DNA of 62,437 nucleotides, filler included, from Nitrospinota bacterium (GTDB lineage Bacteria > JAUXIQ01): NCBI GenBank assembly GCA_030620925.1. It is 14 parts of 14 records of this genome, joined end to end, with 100 filler letters (N's around TTAATTAATTAA, not from the genome) between each part and the next. Parts side by side here need not be neighbours in the genome. Positions count along the whole stretch, not along the records: positions 50,062 to 53,591 come from JAUXIQ010000307.1; positions 53,692 to 57,144 come from JAUXIQ010000315.1; positions 57,245 to 62,437 come from JAUXIQ010000171.1; 11 more parts are not named here. One strand, given 5' to 3'. Of this stretch, positions 51,578 through 62,437 are shown piece after piece; position 1 is the first letter of the stretch, and every line of letters begins with the position of its first letter. The notes beneath the pieces are model-generated. The model made no database searches and was not told the origin of the DNA. It saw only the letters and a program-made list of their open reading frames with translations. The position numbers and the translations under genes were made by a program.

Positions 51578-52096
51578 TTTTATTCCATCCTATTGATCTT
51601 ACTTCGTTTCCCGGCAATTTGGATTTTCACGATATAGGATGTAGCTAAACTAATCATCTTGTCGTCAATTTCTTCAAAATACTTTAGGGGAAAATGCCCA
51701 TTTTAGAACATGCGCATCAGAGCCATGCAGAGCTTAAATTAGACCTTATATCAATACTTTAGGCAGCCATCAGCTCTCAGGGATTGTCCGACTTTACAAA
51801 CGGGGTTTGAAACATTTTCACCTCTGATTTGAATCTTATAATAGAGTGCTCATTCCGTTCCCTGAAAGGGTTCACAAAACTCAGGTTATGGCTGTCTGTG
51901 CGGATATAAGGATGGAAAAATCAAACTGGAGCTCCGCGCCGTTTGCCCGCCGGCTCCTGAACTTTCACCGCATATGCATGAAATTCGAGCCTGGCAATTC
52001 TACGGCATAGCCCCCTCACCACCGGGGGCAGACCGGCAGGTTATTTTCGCCGAAGACAAAGTTTTGGCAGGAAACAGGGATTAGCCGGCACCTTAG

Positions 52097-52465
52097 CTAG
52101 GTATTTGCCTCGAATTCGCCCTTAAGCCTCCTGTACGGCTCCAGTTTTTCTTCACGAAGCTTGCCGCTCTCATCGTAAAGATCGAGAAAATAGACGGCCA
52201 GGCGCTGCCTGCCCTCATGGTCAATGAACCTGATGCTGTAGCTTAACTGCTCAGAACCGTGACTGGGTGCTTCAACAAATTTAACTTCCTTCAGGTCCTC
52301 ATATTTCATGTGTATGTGCCAATCCCTGCACTCACAGGTGAGCCAGCCGTCGGAAAATTCGATCTCGGGTTCCTTAATGAAAAGCTCGGCCACGGATTCA
52401 GGAATTCCGACGGTGAGAACTATGTCCTTGAGCTGGAGCACTTCTTCCAATAGTTTGGCTAACAT
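52097..52465 (-). CDS. ChuX/HutX-like small protein (putative heme/tetrapyrrole carrier fold)
   Basis: WHIH...VKFVE...SYSIRF.D..G pattern; SD GGAG. Confidence 0.55.
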   Translation of the reverse strand: MLAKLLEEVLQLKDIVLTVGIPESVAELFIKEPEIEFSDGWLTCECRDWHIHMKYEDLKEVKFVEAPSHGSEQLSYSIRFIDHEGRQRLAVYFLDLYDESGKLREEKLEPYRRLKGEFEANT

Positions 52466-52496
52466 CTGTATATCTCCTTACCTGTCCGCCACAGGA

Positions 52497-53591
52497 TCAA
52501 GAATTTCTCGCGTTTATCTTTTTCCTGACCTCCTCAACCTCCCTGAACGGCCCCTCGCACCCGCCTGGGAAACAGACGTAGGCAGCGGGTTCCCGGCTGA
52601 GAGGATAACCCAGGCTGGAAAGGTATTCCTCATCCTCGGAGGGGTCCAGGAGCCGAACCACGCGCCTCGACTCAAATATCTCCAGGCAGGAATGGAGGAA
52701 ATCTTTGGTCTTTTGCAGCCCTTTATCACCCACGATATGGATAACTGGCGGGGGGTCTCCCAGGGAGAGAGCCGCGCTGGCCAGAGTGGAGGCCATAATG
52801 CTCTGATCCCGGTATGAGGCGTAAAACAGGGCCATGGTCTCTTCCGCCAGGTCAGAGCAGCGCTTATCGCCGGTGAGGTAGTACAGTCTGGTCAGAACCT
52901 CTACCATCCGTGCGTTCTCATCCAGGGGTTTCATCCGATATTTGAGCGTACCCAGCGTGTGGGAATCGGATGGTATATCATAGAAGGCGCCTTTTTCACC
53001 GTCATAAAACAGATCCAGGCCGGATGCCAGCAGCTCTTCGGCGCGCCTGAGATACTTACCTTCCTGAGTGAGCTCGAAAGCGTCGAGGAGCGCTTTGAGC
53101 ACCGCCGCCTGGTCCGACAGGAAAGCCACCTCTGATCGATCGCCGTTGAAATAGTGAGAAAATATCCCCCTCTCTTCCTGTAGTGCGTTCTTAAGTATGA
53201 ATTCGAGCGTTTTGAACCCGACCCGGGCATGCCGTTCATCGCCGAGCGCCACTGAGGCCAGCAGGTAGGAGGAGACGACCGCGGCGTTCCAATCAGTCTA
53301 GTAGGTCTTATCAATGTAAGGGGCGCCTTTCTCCTCCCGCTTTTCCATGGGGAGGGAATAGTATTCTTCATCGGCGTCCTGGCTGCCGTAGAAAGCGCCC
53401 AGTTCGGGGTGAGAGAGGTTATGGTCTATAAACCTCATGATATCAGCGGCTTTCTCCGCGTATTTTTCCTGCGAGGTATGCTGATATGCCATGAGATAGA
53501 CCCTAAGCAGCAAAGCGTTATCCTCCAGCATCTTTTCGAAATGAGGCACCTTCCACTCCCTGTCAGTCGAATATCGGAAAAAACCTCCCTC
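52497..53591 (-). pseudogene. YyaL/SSP411-like thioredoxin-domain protein, 5' truncated, with in-frame TAG at 53298-53300
   Basis: GGFFRYSTDREWKVPHFEKMLEDNA, GAFYGSQDADE, DKTY*TDWNA, FLSDQA and AAYVC; the two track ORFs share one frame. Confidence 0.8.
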
Positions 53592-53691
53592 NNNNNNNNN
53601 NNNNNNNNNNNNNNNNNNNNNNNNNNNNNNNNNNNTTAATTAATTAANNNNNNNNNNNNNNNNNNNNNNNNNNNNNNNNNNNNNNNNNNNN

Positions 53692-53848
53692 CCGGATTAA
53701 ACCATTCCAGCTTGGCGTAGATTTCCACCCCCGGCTTGTCGGGGGTTATGGTGTTGATCTTCACCAAAGGGGTGTTCCCTATTAAATCTATTATGGACCG
53801 GGTATGACCTTTGGTGTCTCTGTTGGCAACTACGTTGCTCTCGCTCAT
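53692..53848 (-). CDS. Second cysteine synthase (CysM-like), 3' truncated
   Basis: IIDLIGNTPLVKI...IYAKLEWFNP. Confidence 0.85.
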
Positions 53849-53873
53849 GGTCTACCCCACGATCTGTTTTCGG

Positions 53874-54227
53874 TTAATATCTGATAACGGTTTTACTCTG
53901 ATTAATGATATCGAAGATTTCTTCACCGGCGATGAGTTCCACCTCATGTCTTGTGCCGGCCCCCCCCAGCCTCTCCTCCACCGCCTCTTTCTCGGCCACC
54001 AGCCTGCAGTTGAGGAGCTTCAAGGTCTCCAGGTGCTTTTCCGTTTCCAGCGAACCTACCGCTTCCGGCTTTATCGGCGCCAGGGTGTAGACCCCGTCTC
54101 CCAGGAAGGCCACCTGCACCCGGTTATCATCGTTGAGGGTCAGGCCCACGCCCATGCGCAGGGCTTCCGAGTTCCTGAAGGTATTAAAGGGGGTTCTGGT
54201 GATGACTACTGTTACGGTGTCTTCCAT
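53874..54227 (-). CDS. DsrE/DsrF-like family protein
   Basis: VVITRTPF...EALRMGVGL...AFLGDGVY. Confidence 0.8.
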   Translation of the reverse strand: MEDTVTVVITRTPFNTFRNSEALRMGVGLTLNDDNRVQVAFLGDGVYTLAPIKPEAVGSLETEKHLETLKLLNCRLVAEKEAVEERLGGAGTRHEVELIAGEEIFDIINQSKTVIRY

Positions 54228-54237
54228 CTCCCCCCCC

Positions 54238-54558
54238 TCAGTTGAAAGCCAGGAAACTGTCCGATTCGGCGACTATGTCGGCCAGGTCGTACTGGCTTCC
54301 GAAGAGTATGGGCCCCTTTTTCTCCAGTTTCCGCTCATCGGCGTTATGGGCGCATAGGGAAAGCCGGGCGCCCCGCTCTGCAAGGGCGTTCAAAGGTTCC
54401 ACGCTCATGTTGTAGACGCCGTCGCACATGAGGAAGATGGAGACCTCCAGGCCTTCTTCCAGTGCGGCTTCGGCCAGCTTTATGACGGTGTGCGTGTTCT
54501 CGCTCTCGGTGCTGGTGGTAAGCATGAGCCCCAGTTTTCCCTTCTTCTTTTCAGCCAT
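54238..54558 (-). CDS. DsrE family sulfurtransferase-like protein
   Basis: VSIFLMCDGV, LCAHNA (candidate active Cys) and GSQYDLADIV. Confidence 0.82.
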   Translation of the reverse strand: MAEKKKGKLGLMLTTSTESENTHTVIKLAEAALEEGLEVSIFLMCDGVYNMSVEPLNALAERGARLSLCAHNADERKLEKKGPILFGSQYDLADIVAESDSFLAFN

Positions 54559-54605
54559 CAGACTCGATTCTCCGGTTTAGCCCGTGAGTTCGACTGGACG
54601 GGCGA

Positions 54606-55424
54606 TTAATGTCCTCTTGCCGCCTGGATGTTGCAAAACTCCTCGTAATCGATCAGTTCCTTGATGGAGGGGTTCTCGCCGCAAATGGGACAATCGGGGT
54701 CCCGGCGCAGCTTCATCTCCCTGAACCTGAGGCTCAGTGCGTCGTAGAGGAGGAGCCTCCCCACAAGCGTTTCCCCCACCCCCAGGATGAGTTTGAGCGT
54801 CTCCACCGCCTGCACCGTTCCTATCAGACCGGGTAGCACGCCGAGCACCCCCGCTTCCTGGCAACTGGGCACCATGCCCGGCGGCGGCGGATCGGGGTAG
54901 AGGCAGCGGTAGCAGGGCCCGTTGCCGGGCTGGAAAACTGTGGCCTGTCCCTCGAAACGGAAGATGGAGCCGTGGACGTTGACCTTGCCGGTCAGCACGC
55001 AGGCGTCGTTTATCAGGTAGCGGGTGGGGAAATTGTCGCAGCCGTCCACTATTATGTCGTAGTCCCGGAAGAGCTCCATTATGTTTTCCGAGCTCACCCG
55101 CTCATTGTAGGTGTTAAGCTCCACGTCGGGATTGAGGGCGTTCAGTTTCTCTTTAGCCGAATCGGTCTTGGCGCGGCCCAGGTCGCCGGTGTGGTGGAGA
55201 ATCTGGCGCTGGAGGTTACTCAGGTCCACCACGTCCATGTCCACGATACCTATCTTGCCTACGCCGGCCGCGGCCAGATAATACGCCGAAGGCGAGCCTA
55301 ATCCCCCCGCACCTACGAGCAGGACTTTCCCTTCCAGGAGCTTCTTCTGCCCCTTGCCCCCTATTTCGGGAAGTATGATGTGCCTGCTGTATCTGACTAT
55401 CTGCTCTTCGCTGAAGTCGAACAT
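54606..55424 (-). CDS. moeB: MoeB/ThiF family adenylyltransferase, without rhodanese domain
   Basis: RYSRHIIL, VGAGGLGSP, SNLQRQILH, PCYRCLYP, SCQEAGVLG and CPICG. Confidence 0.92.
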   Translation of the reverse strand: MFDFSEEQIVRYSRHIILPEIGGKGQKKLLEGKVLLVGAGGLGSPSAYYLAAAGVGKIGIVDMDVVDLSNLQRQILHHTGDLGRAKTDSAKEKLNALNPDVELNTYNERVSSENIMELFRDYDIIVDGCDNFPTRYLINDACVLTGKVNVHGSIFRFEGQATVFQPGNGPCYRCLYPDPPPPGMVPSCQEAGVLGVLPGLIGTVQAVETLKLILGVGETLVGRLLLYDALSLRFREMKLRRDPDCPICGENPSIKELIDYEEFCNIQAARGH

Positions 55425-55459
55425 CTTTTCTCCCTGTCTCAGGTTTCGGCGTATGCCTG

Positions 55460-55738
55460 TTAAATGCCTCCGGCTATAGCGGGCACGATGGATACCTCGT
55501 CTCCGTCTTTGAGTGCGGTTTTGTCGCCATCCAGGAAGCGTATGTCCTCGTCGTTGATGTAGATATTGACGAACCTGCGCAAGGAGCCCGCCTCGTCGAA
55601 GATGCGTTCCTTGATGCCCGGAAACTGTTTCTCAAGCTCATCGAAGAGGGAGACGATGTCGCTTCCCTCGGCCGCGACCTGGGACTGGTTTTGAGTAAGT
55701 TTCTGCAGTGGAGTAGGTATTCTCACTTGAACGGACAT
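55460..55738 (-). CDS. Ubiquitin-like sulfur carrier (MoaD/CysO-like) ending GG-I
   Basis: VRIPTPL...RRFVNIYINDEDIRFL...SIVPAIAGGI. Confidence 0.92.
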   Translation of the reverse strand: MSVQVRIPTPLQKLTQNQSQVAAEGSDIVSLFDELEKQFPGIKERIFDEAGSLRRFVNIYINDEDIRFLDGDKTALKDGDEVSIVPAIAGGI

Positions 55739-55809
55739 TTAGGTCTTCCTCCATATTTTTATAGTTGAAATCGATGGGTATAATCTTTTTATTATAACCA
55801 TAATATGTA

Positions 55810-56781
55810 TCACTCATTCTTCTCTGAACAGGAGAACGAGTCTGTGTGAAGGTACCGTTCTCCTGAATCGGGGAAGACGACCACAAGGTTTTTGCCCCGG
55901 CCCAGTTCATCAGCCATCTGGAGGGCGGCATAACACGCCGCGCCGGAGGATACGCCCACCAGAAGACCTTCTTCTCTGGCCAGGCGGCGGGCTGTGTGGT
56001 AGGCGTCGTGCTCGTCCACGGGGACGACCTTATCTATTATGTTCACGTTTAGCACCTTGGGTATGAACCCGGCGCCGATGCCCTGTATTCCGTGGGGTCC
56101 GGGAGGGCTGCCGGACAGGACGGCCGACTTGTTGGGCTCGACGGCTACTACGGCGGTATCGTGGTATCTGCCTTTGAGCACTTCTCCCACTCCGGTGATG
56201 GTGCCCCCCGTGCCCACACCCGCCACGAAGCAGTCCACCGCGTTGTCGCCCATGTTTTTGATGATTTCCACCGCCGTGGTCCTTCTGTGCGTCTCCGGAT
56301 TGGCCTGGTTGTGGAATTGCTGGGGCATGAAATAGCCCTTGTTGCGGGCCGCAAGCTCATAGGCCATTTCTATGGCGCCGCGCATTCCCCACTCCCGGGG
56401 GCTGAACACGATTTCAGCGCCCAGGAGCGTGAGGAGCCTTCTTCGCTCCTCGCTGAGCCCTTCCGGGGTGACCAGTATGACCCCGTATCCCTTCGCCGCA
56501 CCCACCACGGCCAGCCCTATTCCGGTGTTGCCGGTGGTGGGTTCTATGATGGTGCCCCCGGATTTCAGCAGGTCGCGGCGTTCGGCGTCGGCCACCATGC
56601 CCAGGGCGATGCGGTCCTTCACGCTGCCCCCGGGGTTCAGGGATTCTATCTTAGCGTAAATGTTCGTTCCGCCGGGCCGGGAGAGACTGTTCAGCCTCAA
56701 CATGGGCGTGGTGCCGATGAGGGAAGAGATATCCCTTCTGCTTCTCGATTTGCGCATTTTTTTACCGGTGACGTCGGGCAC
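55810..56781 (-). CDS. cysK: Cysteine synthase A (O-acetylserine sulfhydrylase)
   Basis: NPGGSVKDRI, EPTTGNTGIG, GVGTGGT, HGIQGIGAGFIP and PDSGERYL; exact start uncertain. Confidence 0.92.
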   Translation of the reverse strand: MPDVTGKKMRKSRSRRDISSLIGTTPMLRLNSLSRPGGTNIYAKIESLNPGGSVKDRIALGMVADAERRDLLKSGGTIIEPTTGNTGIGLAVVGAAKGYGVILVTPEGLSEERRRLLTLLGAEIVFSPREWGMRGAIEMAYELAARNKGYFMPQQFHNQANPETHRRTTAVEIIKNMGDNAVDCFVAGVGTGGTITGVGEVLKGRYHDTAVVAVEPNKSAVLSGSPPGPHGIQGIGAGFIPKVLNVNIIDKVVPVDEHDAYHTARRLAREEGLLVGVSSGAACYAALQMADELGRGKNLVVVFPDSGERYLHTDSFSCSEKNE

Positions 56782-56851
56782 GGTTGACTGTACCCCTGTT
56801 ACTGGTTCGACCTTTTCAAGAATAAACCCGTTGAAAAAGTATTAACAACGA

Positions 56852-56880
56852 ATAATAGTAAACCTGTCTATTTCTGTCAA
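56852..56880 (-). promoter_or_regulatory. Sigma70 promoter of the cysK cluster
   Basis: Minus strand TTGACA-N17-TATTAT. Confidence 0.7.
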
Positions 56881-56973
56881 GAATTATTTTGCATGTTGTG
56901 CAATATTTTTCTATTTTTGTATCTATTCTGTAGAGGGGTCCTTATCGCCTTATTTCCGGGGAATGTCCAGATA

Positions 56974-57110
56974 GGGCAGGCACAGGGGCCTGCCCCTACG
57001 CAAATTCCCATCATCCTGGTGGGCGGGTTTGAAACCCGCCCCTACGGTCACGCCTGTCCCGCGTTCCGCGCTCCCACTTGGCTCTTGTAGGAGCGGCATC
57101 TTGCCGCGAT
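56974..57110. repeat. Cluster of GTAG/CTAC REP-like palindromes
   Basis: Shares three unit types with 785-810, 2398-2423 and 2457-2469. Confidence 0.85.
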
Positions 57111-57244
57111 TCCGCCAGCAATAAATCTCCCCTCCCCTGGACCCNNNNNNNNNNNNNNNNNNNNNNNNNNNNNNNNNNNNNNNNNNNNTTAATTAATTAA
57201 NNNNNNNNNNNNNNNNNNNNNNNNNNNNNNNNNNNNNNNNNNNN

Positions 57245-57648
57245 AGAATAAGCTGAGGCAGGACGGGAGCAATCCGGATATTGAAAAACACTGCGAATGC
57301 GGGCAACGAAATGGCCTCCACCACTCCCATGAACACCAGGTTGCTTAACATTTTACCGAGGTAAATGGCCGATCGATCAGCGGGGCTCAAGAGCAGTCCC
57401 TGTATGCAGTCGTTCTCCTTCTCGCCCACGAAGGATTTATTGAGCCCCAGGACCCCGGCGAAGATGAACGCCACCCAAAGGATGCCGGGCGCCACCTCGC
57501 GCATCGCTTCCGTGCCGGGCTCGAAGGCGAAGTTGAACATCACTATAACCAGCAGGGAAAAGACCAGCATGGAGATAAACGCTTCCTTGGTCCTTATCTC
57601 GGCTATAACGTCCTTCCACAGCACGGCCCACACCGTTTTTAAAAACAT
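57245..57648 (-). CDS. ccmB: Heme exporter permease CcmB, 3' truncated
   Basis: WKD...E.R, APGILWV, SF..EKE...LLLSP...IYLGK. Confidence 0.92.
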
Positions 57649-57651
57649 CGC

Positions 57652-58389
57652 TTAGCTGCCCTCGACGCTCCGGAAATAGAGTGCCTCGAAATCGTCCTTG
57701 TCTACGTTCTCCATACTCTCCTTATAGACGATCCTGCCGCTCACCTGTATGGCCACAGTATCGCAGAGCTCGAGCCCGCGCTGAATGTTATGGGTGGTCA
57801 TAATGATGGATCGATCTCTATTATGCAGCCGGGCCAGAATCTTCCTCAAGGTGATGGCGGCATGCTGGTCAAGACCGGTATAGGGCTCGTCCAAAAAGAT
57901 GATCTGGGGATTATGGAGAACGCATCTTGCAATGGCCAGTCGTTGTAGCATTCCTCTGGAGTAGGTCCTCACCAGATCGTCCTTTCGGTGTTTGAGCCCC
58001 ACCTCTTCGAGGACCTCTTCTATTCTCTCCTCCAGCGCTGTAAGATTGTAAATCCGGCCGTAGAACTTTAAGTTTTCCTGCGCGGTCAAATTGGGGTAGA
58101 GGAATGAGTTGTGCGAAAGCAGGCCTATCTTTTTCCTTATCTCCTCCCCCTCTTTCTGCAATTCCCGCCCCGTGATTTTTACCGTGCCGGATGTGGGCCT
58201 GAGTACCGCCGAGAGTATCCTGATAAGGGTGGTTTTCCCCGCCCCGTTAGGCCCGAAAACAGTCATGAACTCACCGCGATTGACTTTCAGGTCCACACCA
58301 TCTAATGCCATCACATGGCCGAATGATCTGGTAAGGCTCTCCACTTCTACTGTAATTTGTTCATCCAACCTTTGCCGGCCCCCCCACAT
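57652..58389 (-). CDS. ccmA: Heme exporter ATP-binding protein CcmA
   Basis: GPNGAGKTT, YSRGMLQR and LDEPYTGLD; directly upstream of ccmB. Confidence 0.9.
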   Translation of the reverse strand: MWGGRQRLDEQITVEVESLTRSFGHVMALDGVDLKVNRGEFMTVFGPNGAGKTTLIRILSAVLRPTSGTVKITGRELQKEGEEIRKKIGLLSHNSFLYPNLTAQENLKFYGRIYNLTALEERIEEVLEEVGLKHRKDDLVRTYSRGMLQRLAIARCVLHNPQIIFLDEPYTGLDQHAAITLRKILARLHNRDRSIIMTTHNIQRGLELCDTVAIQVSGRIVYKESMENVDKDDFEALYFRSVEGS

Positions 58390-58451
58390 GGCAAAACACT
58401 CTTGATGCTGCTCGTCCGCAACCTTGTAGACAGTTAATCCTGAAGTCCGCC

Positions 58452-59621
58452 TTATTTATTTCCCATCAAGCGTATTATCTCCAATAGCTGCACCTTTTTC
58501 TCACCCCTCTCTCTCTCGTATGCCTTGCGGGATATTTCACCCGCCTCGAAGCGCTCATCAAGAGAGGCTATAGATTCTATAAGCTCGTTTCTCTGCTCCG
58601 CACTGTCATCCGCCGAAACAGCTTCAACTTCTCCCGGCTTTTGGCGCATTCGTCTCAAGACAATAAAAGTCCCTAAGACAACACACAACCCTGCTATAAA
58701 GATAACCGTAAGCAGGGCCTGGTTTTGTGCCACCCATGCAGTTCCGCCTATGCTGCTCCGCAAGAATATAGAGAAGGAAGAGTTTGCCGGCAGTTTCTCT
58801 CCTTTAAGGAACAGGTAATCTCTATCTCCGAATTTCATTACCCCCATATTCTTCAGCTTGTTAGAGCTGATATCGGCGTTGAATCCCCCGTAGAAAACGC
58901 TAAGATTCTTTGTGGGGTATTTCACTTTCTTACTCCACTTCAAGGGCAGCGGAAGTTCAGGCAATTGATAAGTGTAGTTCATTTGCGACTGCCCGGGCAG
59001 CAGATGTTTCTGGACGTAGAAGCCGTCGGGTTTCTCTTCGATGCGATTAGACGGAATCCTCTCCATGATCTTTAGATCTCTGTAGCCCCGCGGCAAAGGG
59101 AAAAAGAGGGGAAAAGCTCTTTGCTCATCACTTCGCTCAGAACTCACGACTGTCCGATTACCCTTGTTGTTGAGGGTGAGCATTTCAACTATCCGGTAAC
59201 CCCCCGGCTCCAACTCCACTATGAGATGATGCGATTCGATGGCGATGTCCTTATCCGAGTCGGTCGTCTCGTATACGGTTAAAATGTAGTTTGCCTTCCT
59301 GGAATCAACCAATTTGATTCGCTCTGAAACATAGAGTACGTTGTTATAGTTAGCGGTGATTATATATAGCAATTTCGGATTCACCGGCAAGCCGGTGAAC
59401 CTGAAATTTCCCTTACCGTCTGTTGTCGCCTTTCTCTGTTGTGTGCGTACACCTTTAGAGAAGACCATGAGCAGTACTTCTTGTCCGGCATAAAGTATGC
59501 TCTCATCGGTGCCGTTCAACACCCTGCCCTCTATGGTTCCCACACCTGTTTTTTCTTGGGCATGCGCCGCAACCACCAGGACAAGGGCTAACAACAAACC
59601 TGCAAAAAATCTTTTGAGCAA
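58452..59621 (-). CDS. Membrane-anchored periplasmic protein in the ccm cluster (carboxypeptidase-regulatory-like beta domain)
   Basis: TTG 59621 follows GGAGG; signal peptide, GTIEGRVLNGT...TDGKGNFRF, late TM helix and IASLDERFEAGEIS tail. Confidence 0.7.
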   Translation of the reverse strand: MLKRFFAGLLLALVLVVAAHAQEKTGVGTIEGRVLNGTDESILYAGQEVLLMVFSKGVRTQQRKATTDGKGNFRFTGLPVNPKLLYIITANYNNVLYVSERIKLVDSRKANYILTVYETTDSDKDIAIESHHLIVELEPGGYRIVEMLTLNNKGNRTVVSSERSDEQRAFPLFFPLPRGYRDLKIMERIPSNRIEEKPDGFYVQKHLLPGQSQMNYTYQLPELPLPLKWSKKVKYPTKNLSVFYGGFNADISSNKLKNMGVMKFGDRDYLFLKGEKLPANSSFSIFLRSSIGGTAWVAQNQALLTVIFIAGLCVVLGTFIVLRRMRQKPGEVEAVSADDSAEQRNELIESIASLDERFEAGEISRKAYERERGEKKVQLLEIIRLMGNK

Positions 59622-59673
59622 CTCTCTCCTCCACGCGGGGTGATGATATAAGGGAATAAACCTTGTAGGCGGA

Positions 59674-60150
59674 TTAATCGGAAGCGGGAAGTTCCGCCCC
59701 GCAATAGGGACAGAAACTATGGCCAGGGGGACATCCTTCACCACAACCGGGACAGTAGACACCTCCGCCGGTATCCCCTCTCGCCTCTGCTCCCTCTACC
59801 TGGGATTTCTCCGCAACCTGCCTTCGGCGTGCCCTGATCTCTTCTTCAATTCTATCATCAATCTCTCCGGACAAACCGCTCTTTTCCATCTCATGGAGCA
59901 GGGCCATGGCCTTTTCACGATACTTCTTGCGCAACTCCTCATAATCTTCAGCGGACAGTTTGCCCGTCTTGAAATCGAAATCCAGCTCTTTAATGGTGGC
60001 GTAGAGAGACTCTTTGCGGAAAGTCAAGTCTCCGCTTTCGTTTCGTTCTCCCAGGTGCAGGTAAGAAGCACCTCTCCGCTTGAGCCATAGGGGATACCCC
60101 ACCGCCAGCAGCACTGCCGCTATTACGATAAAAGCGAAGACTGTTATCAA
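59674..60150 (-). CDS. CcmI N-terminal-like membrane protein with zinc ribbon
   Basis: TTG 60150 follows AGGAG; TM helix, IKELDFDFKTGKLSAEDY and CPGCG...FCPYCG. Confidence 0.75.
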   Translation of the reverse strand: MITVFAFIVIAAVLLAVGYPLWLKRRGASYLHLGERNESGDLTFRKESLYATIKELDFDFKTGKLSAEDYEELRKKYREKAMALLHEMEKSGLSGEIDDRIEEEIRARRRQVAEKSQVEGAEARGDTGGGVYCPGCGEGCPPGHSFCPYCGAELPASD

Positions 60151-60236
60151 TAAATTTTCTCCTGATAGAAGGTCCCTGTTTGCCCTTCCTCCGTAGAGGG
60201 ACATCAGGACCCCCTAGGATAAAATACGTAAATTTT

Positions 60237-62237
<2,001 letters not shown>

Positions 62238-62437
62238 TTCTTCTCCATTCTAATCCTAGGGGTTGAGGGGCTAATAGGCCATGTCGTCAAACATGGATTT
62301 CTCCTATCTGACCCGACAAGGAAAGCCGGAATTACGTTTGCCGTAACGCTCCACACGCAGGTTATCATTTCAGGGTCAAAATGATTAGATGGTTCGGTGT
62401 TCAAAGGGGGCTTCACATCTCTTTCTTCTCAGAATCC

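Noticed and set aside
51855-51900. c-di-GMP-I riboswitch-like CCCTGAAAGGG...ACAAAA near the HD-GYP gene
   Set aside because: Key conserved bases are missing, and it is on the opposite strand from both neighbouring genes.

Overview
This 62.4-kb window is not contiguous genome. It is 14 short contigs joined by 13 artificial 100-nt linkers (N44-TTAATTAATTAA-N44), so gene neighbourhoods are only meaningful within a contig. The content fits a moderately GC-rich, probably anaerobic bacterium with Deltaproteobacteria-like gene order (taxonomy is inference). Housekeeping loci include dnaG'-rpoD-tRNA(CAU)-Zn-ribbon-rnhA-rnpB, uvrBC', pnp', valS' and ccm genes. Redox and catabolic genes include a W-type aldehyde:ferredoxin oxidoreductase, a DMSO-reductase-family enzyme, split GltB subunits beside metV-metF, acyl-CoA ligases, an acyl-CoA dehydrogenase, crotonases and a hydantoinase/oxoprolinase. 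There is also a tyrosine integrase end abutting tRNA-Ala(GGC) and several families of REP-like palindromes. The best leads are: a B12 acyl-CoA-mutase-like subunit with a rewired active site; a cysK-MoaD(GG-I)-moeB-dsrE-dsrE/F-cysM' sulfur-carrier cluster; a stand-alone nuoB-nuoD-nuoI-ferredoxin module; an in-frame TAG in an otherwise intact YyaL-like gene; an unassigned structured RNA candidate at about 1925-2041; a probable CTG-initiated RNase HI whose stop codon lies inside the RNase P RNA; and a RomR-like acidic repeat protein before valS. No CRISPR array or rRNA was seen. All protein calls come from motif recognition by eye, not database searches.
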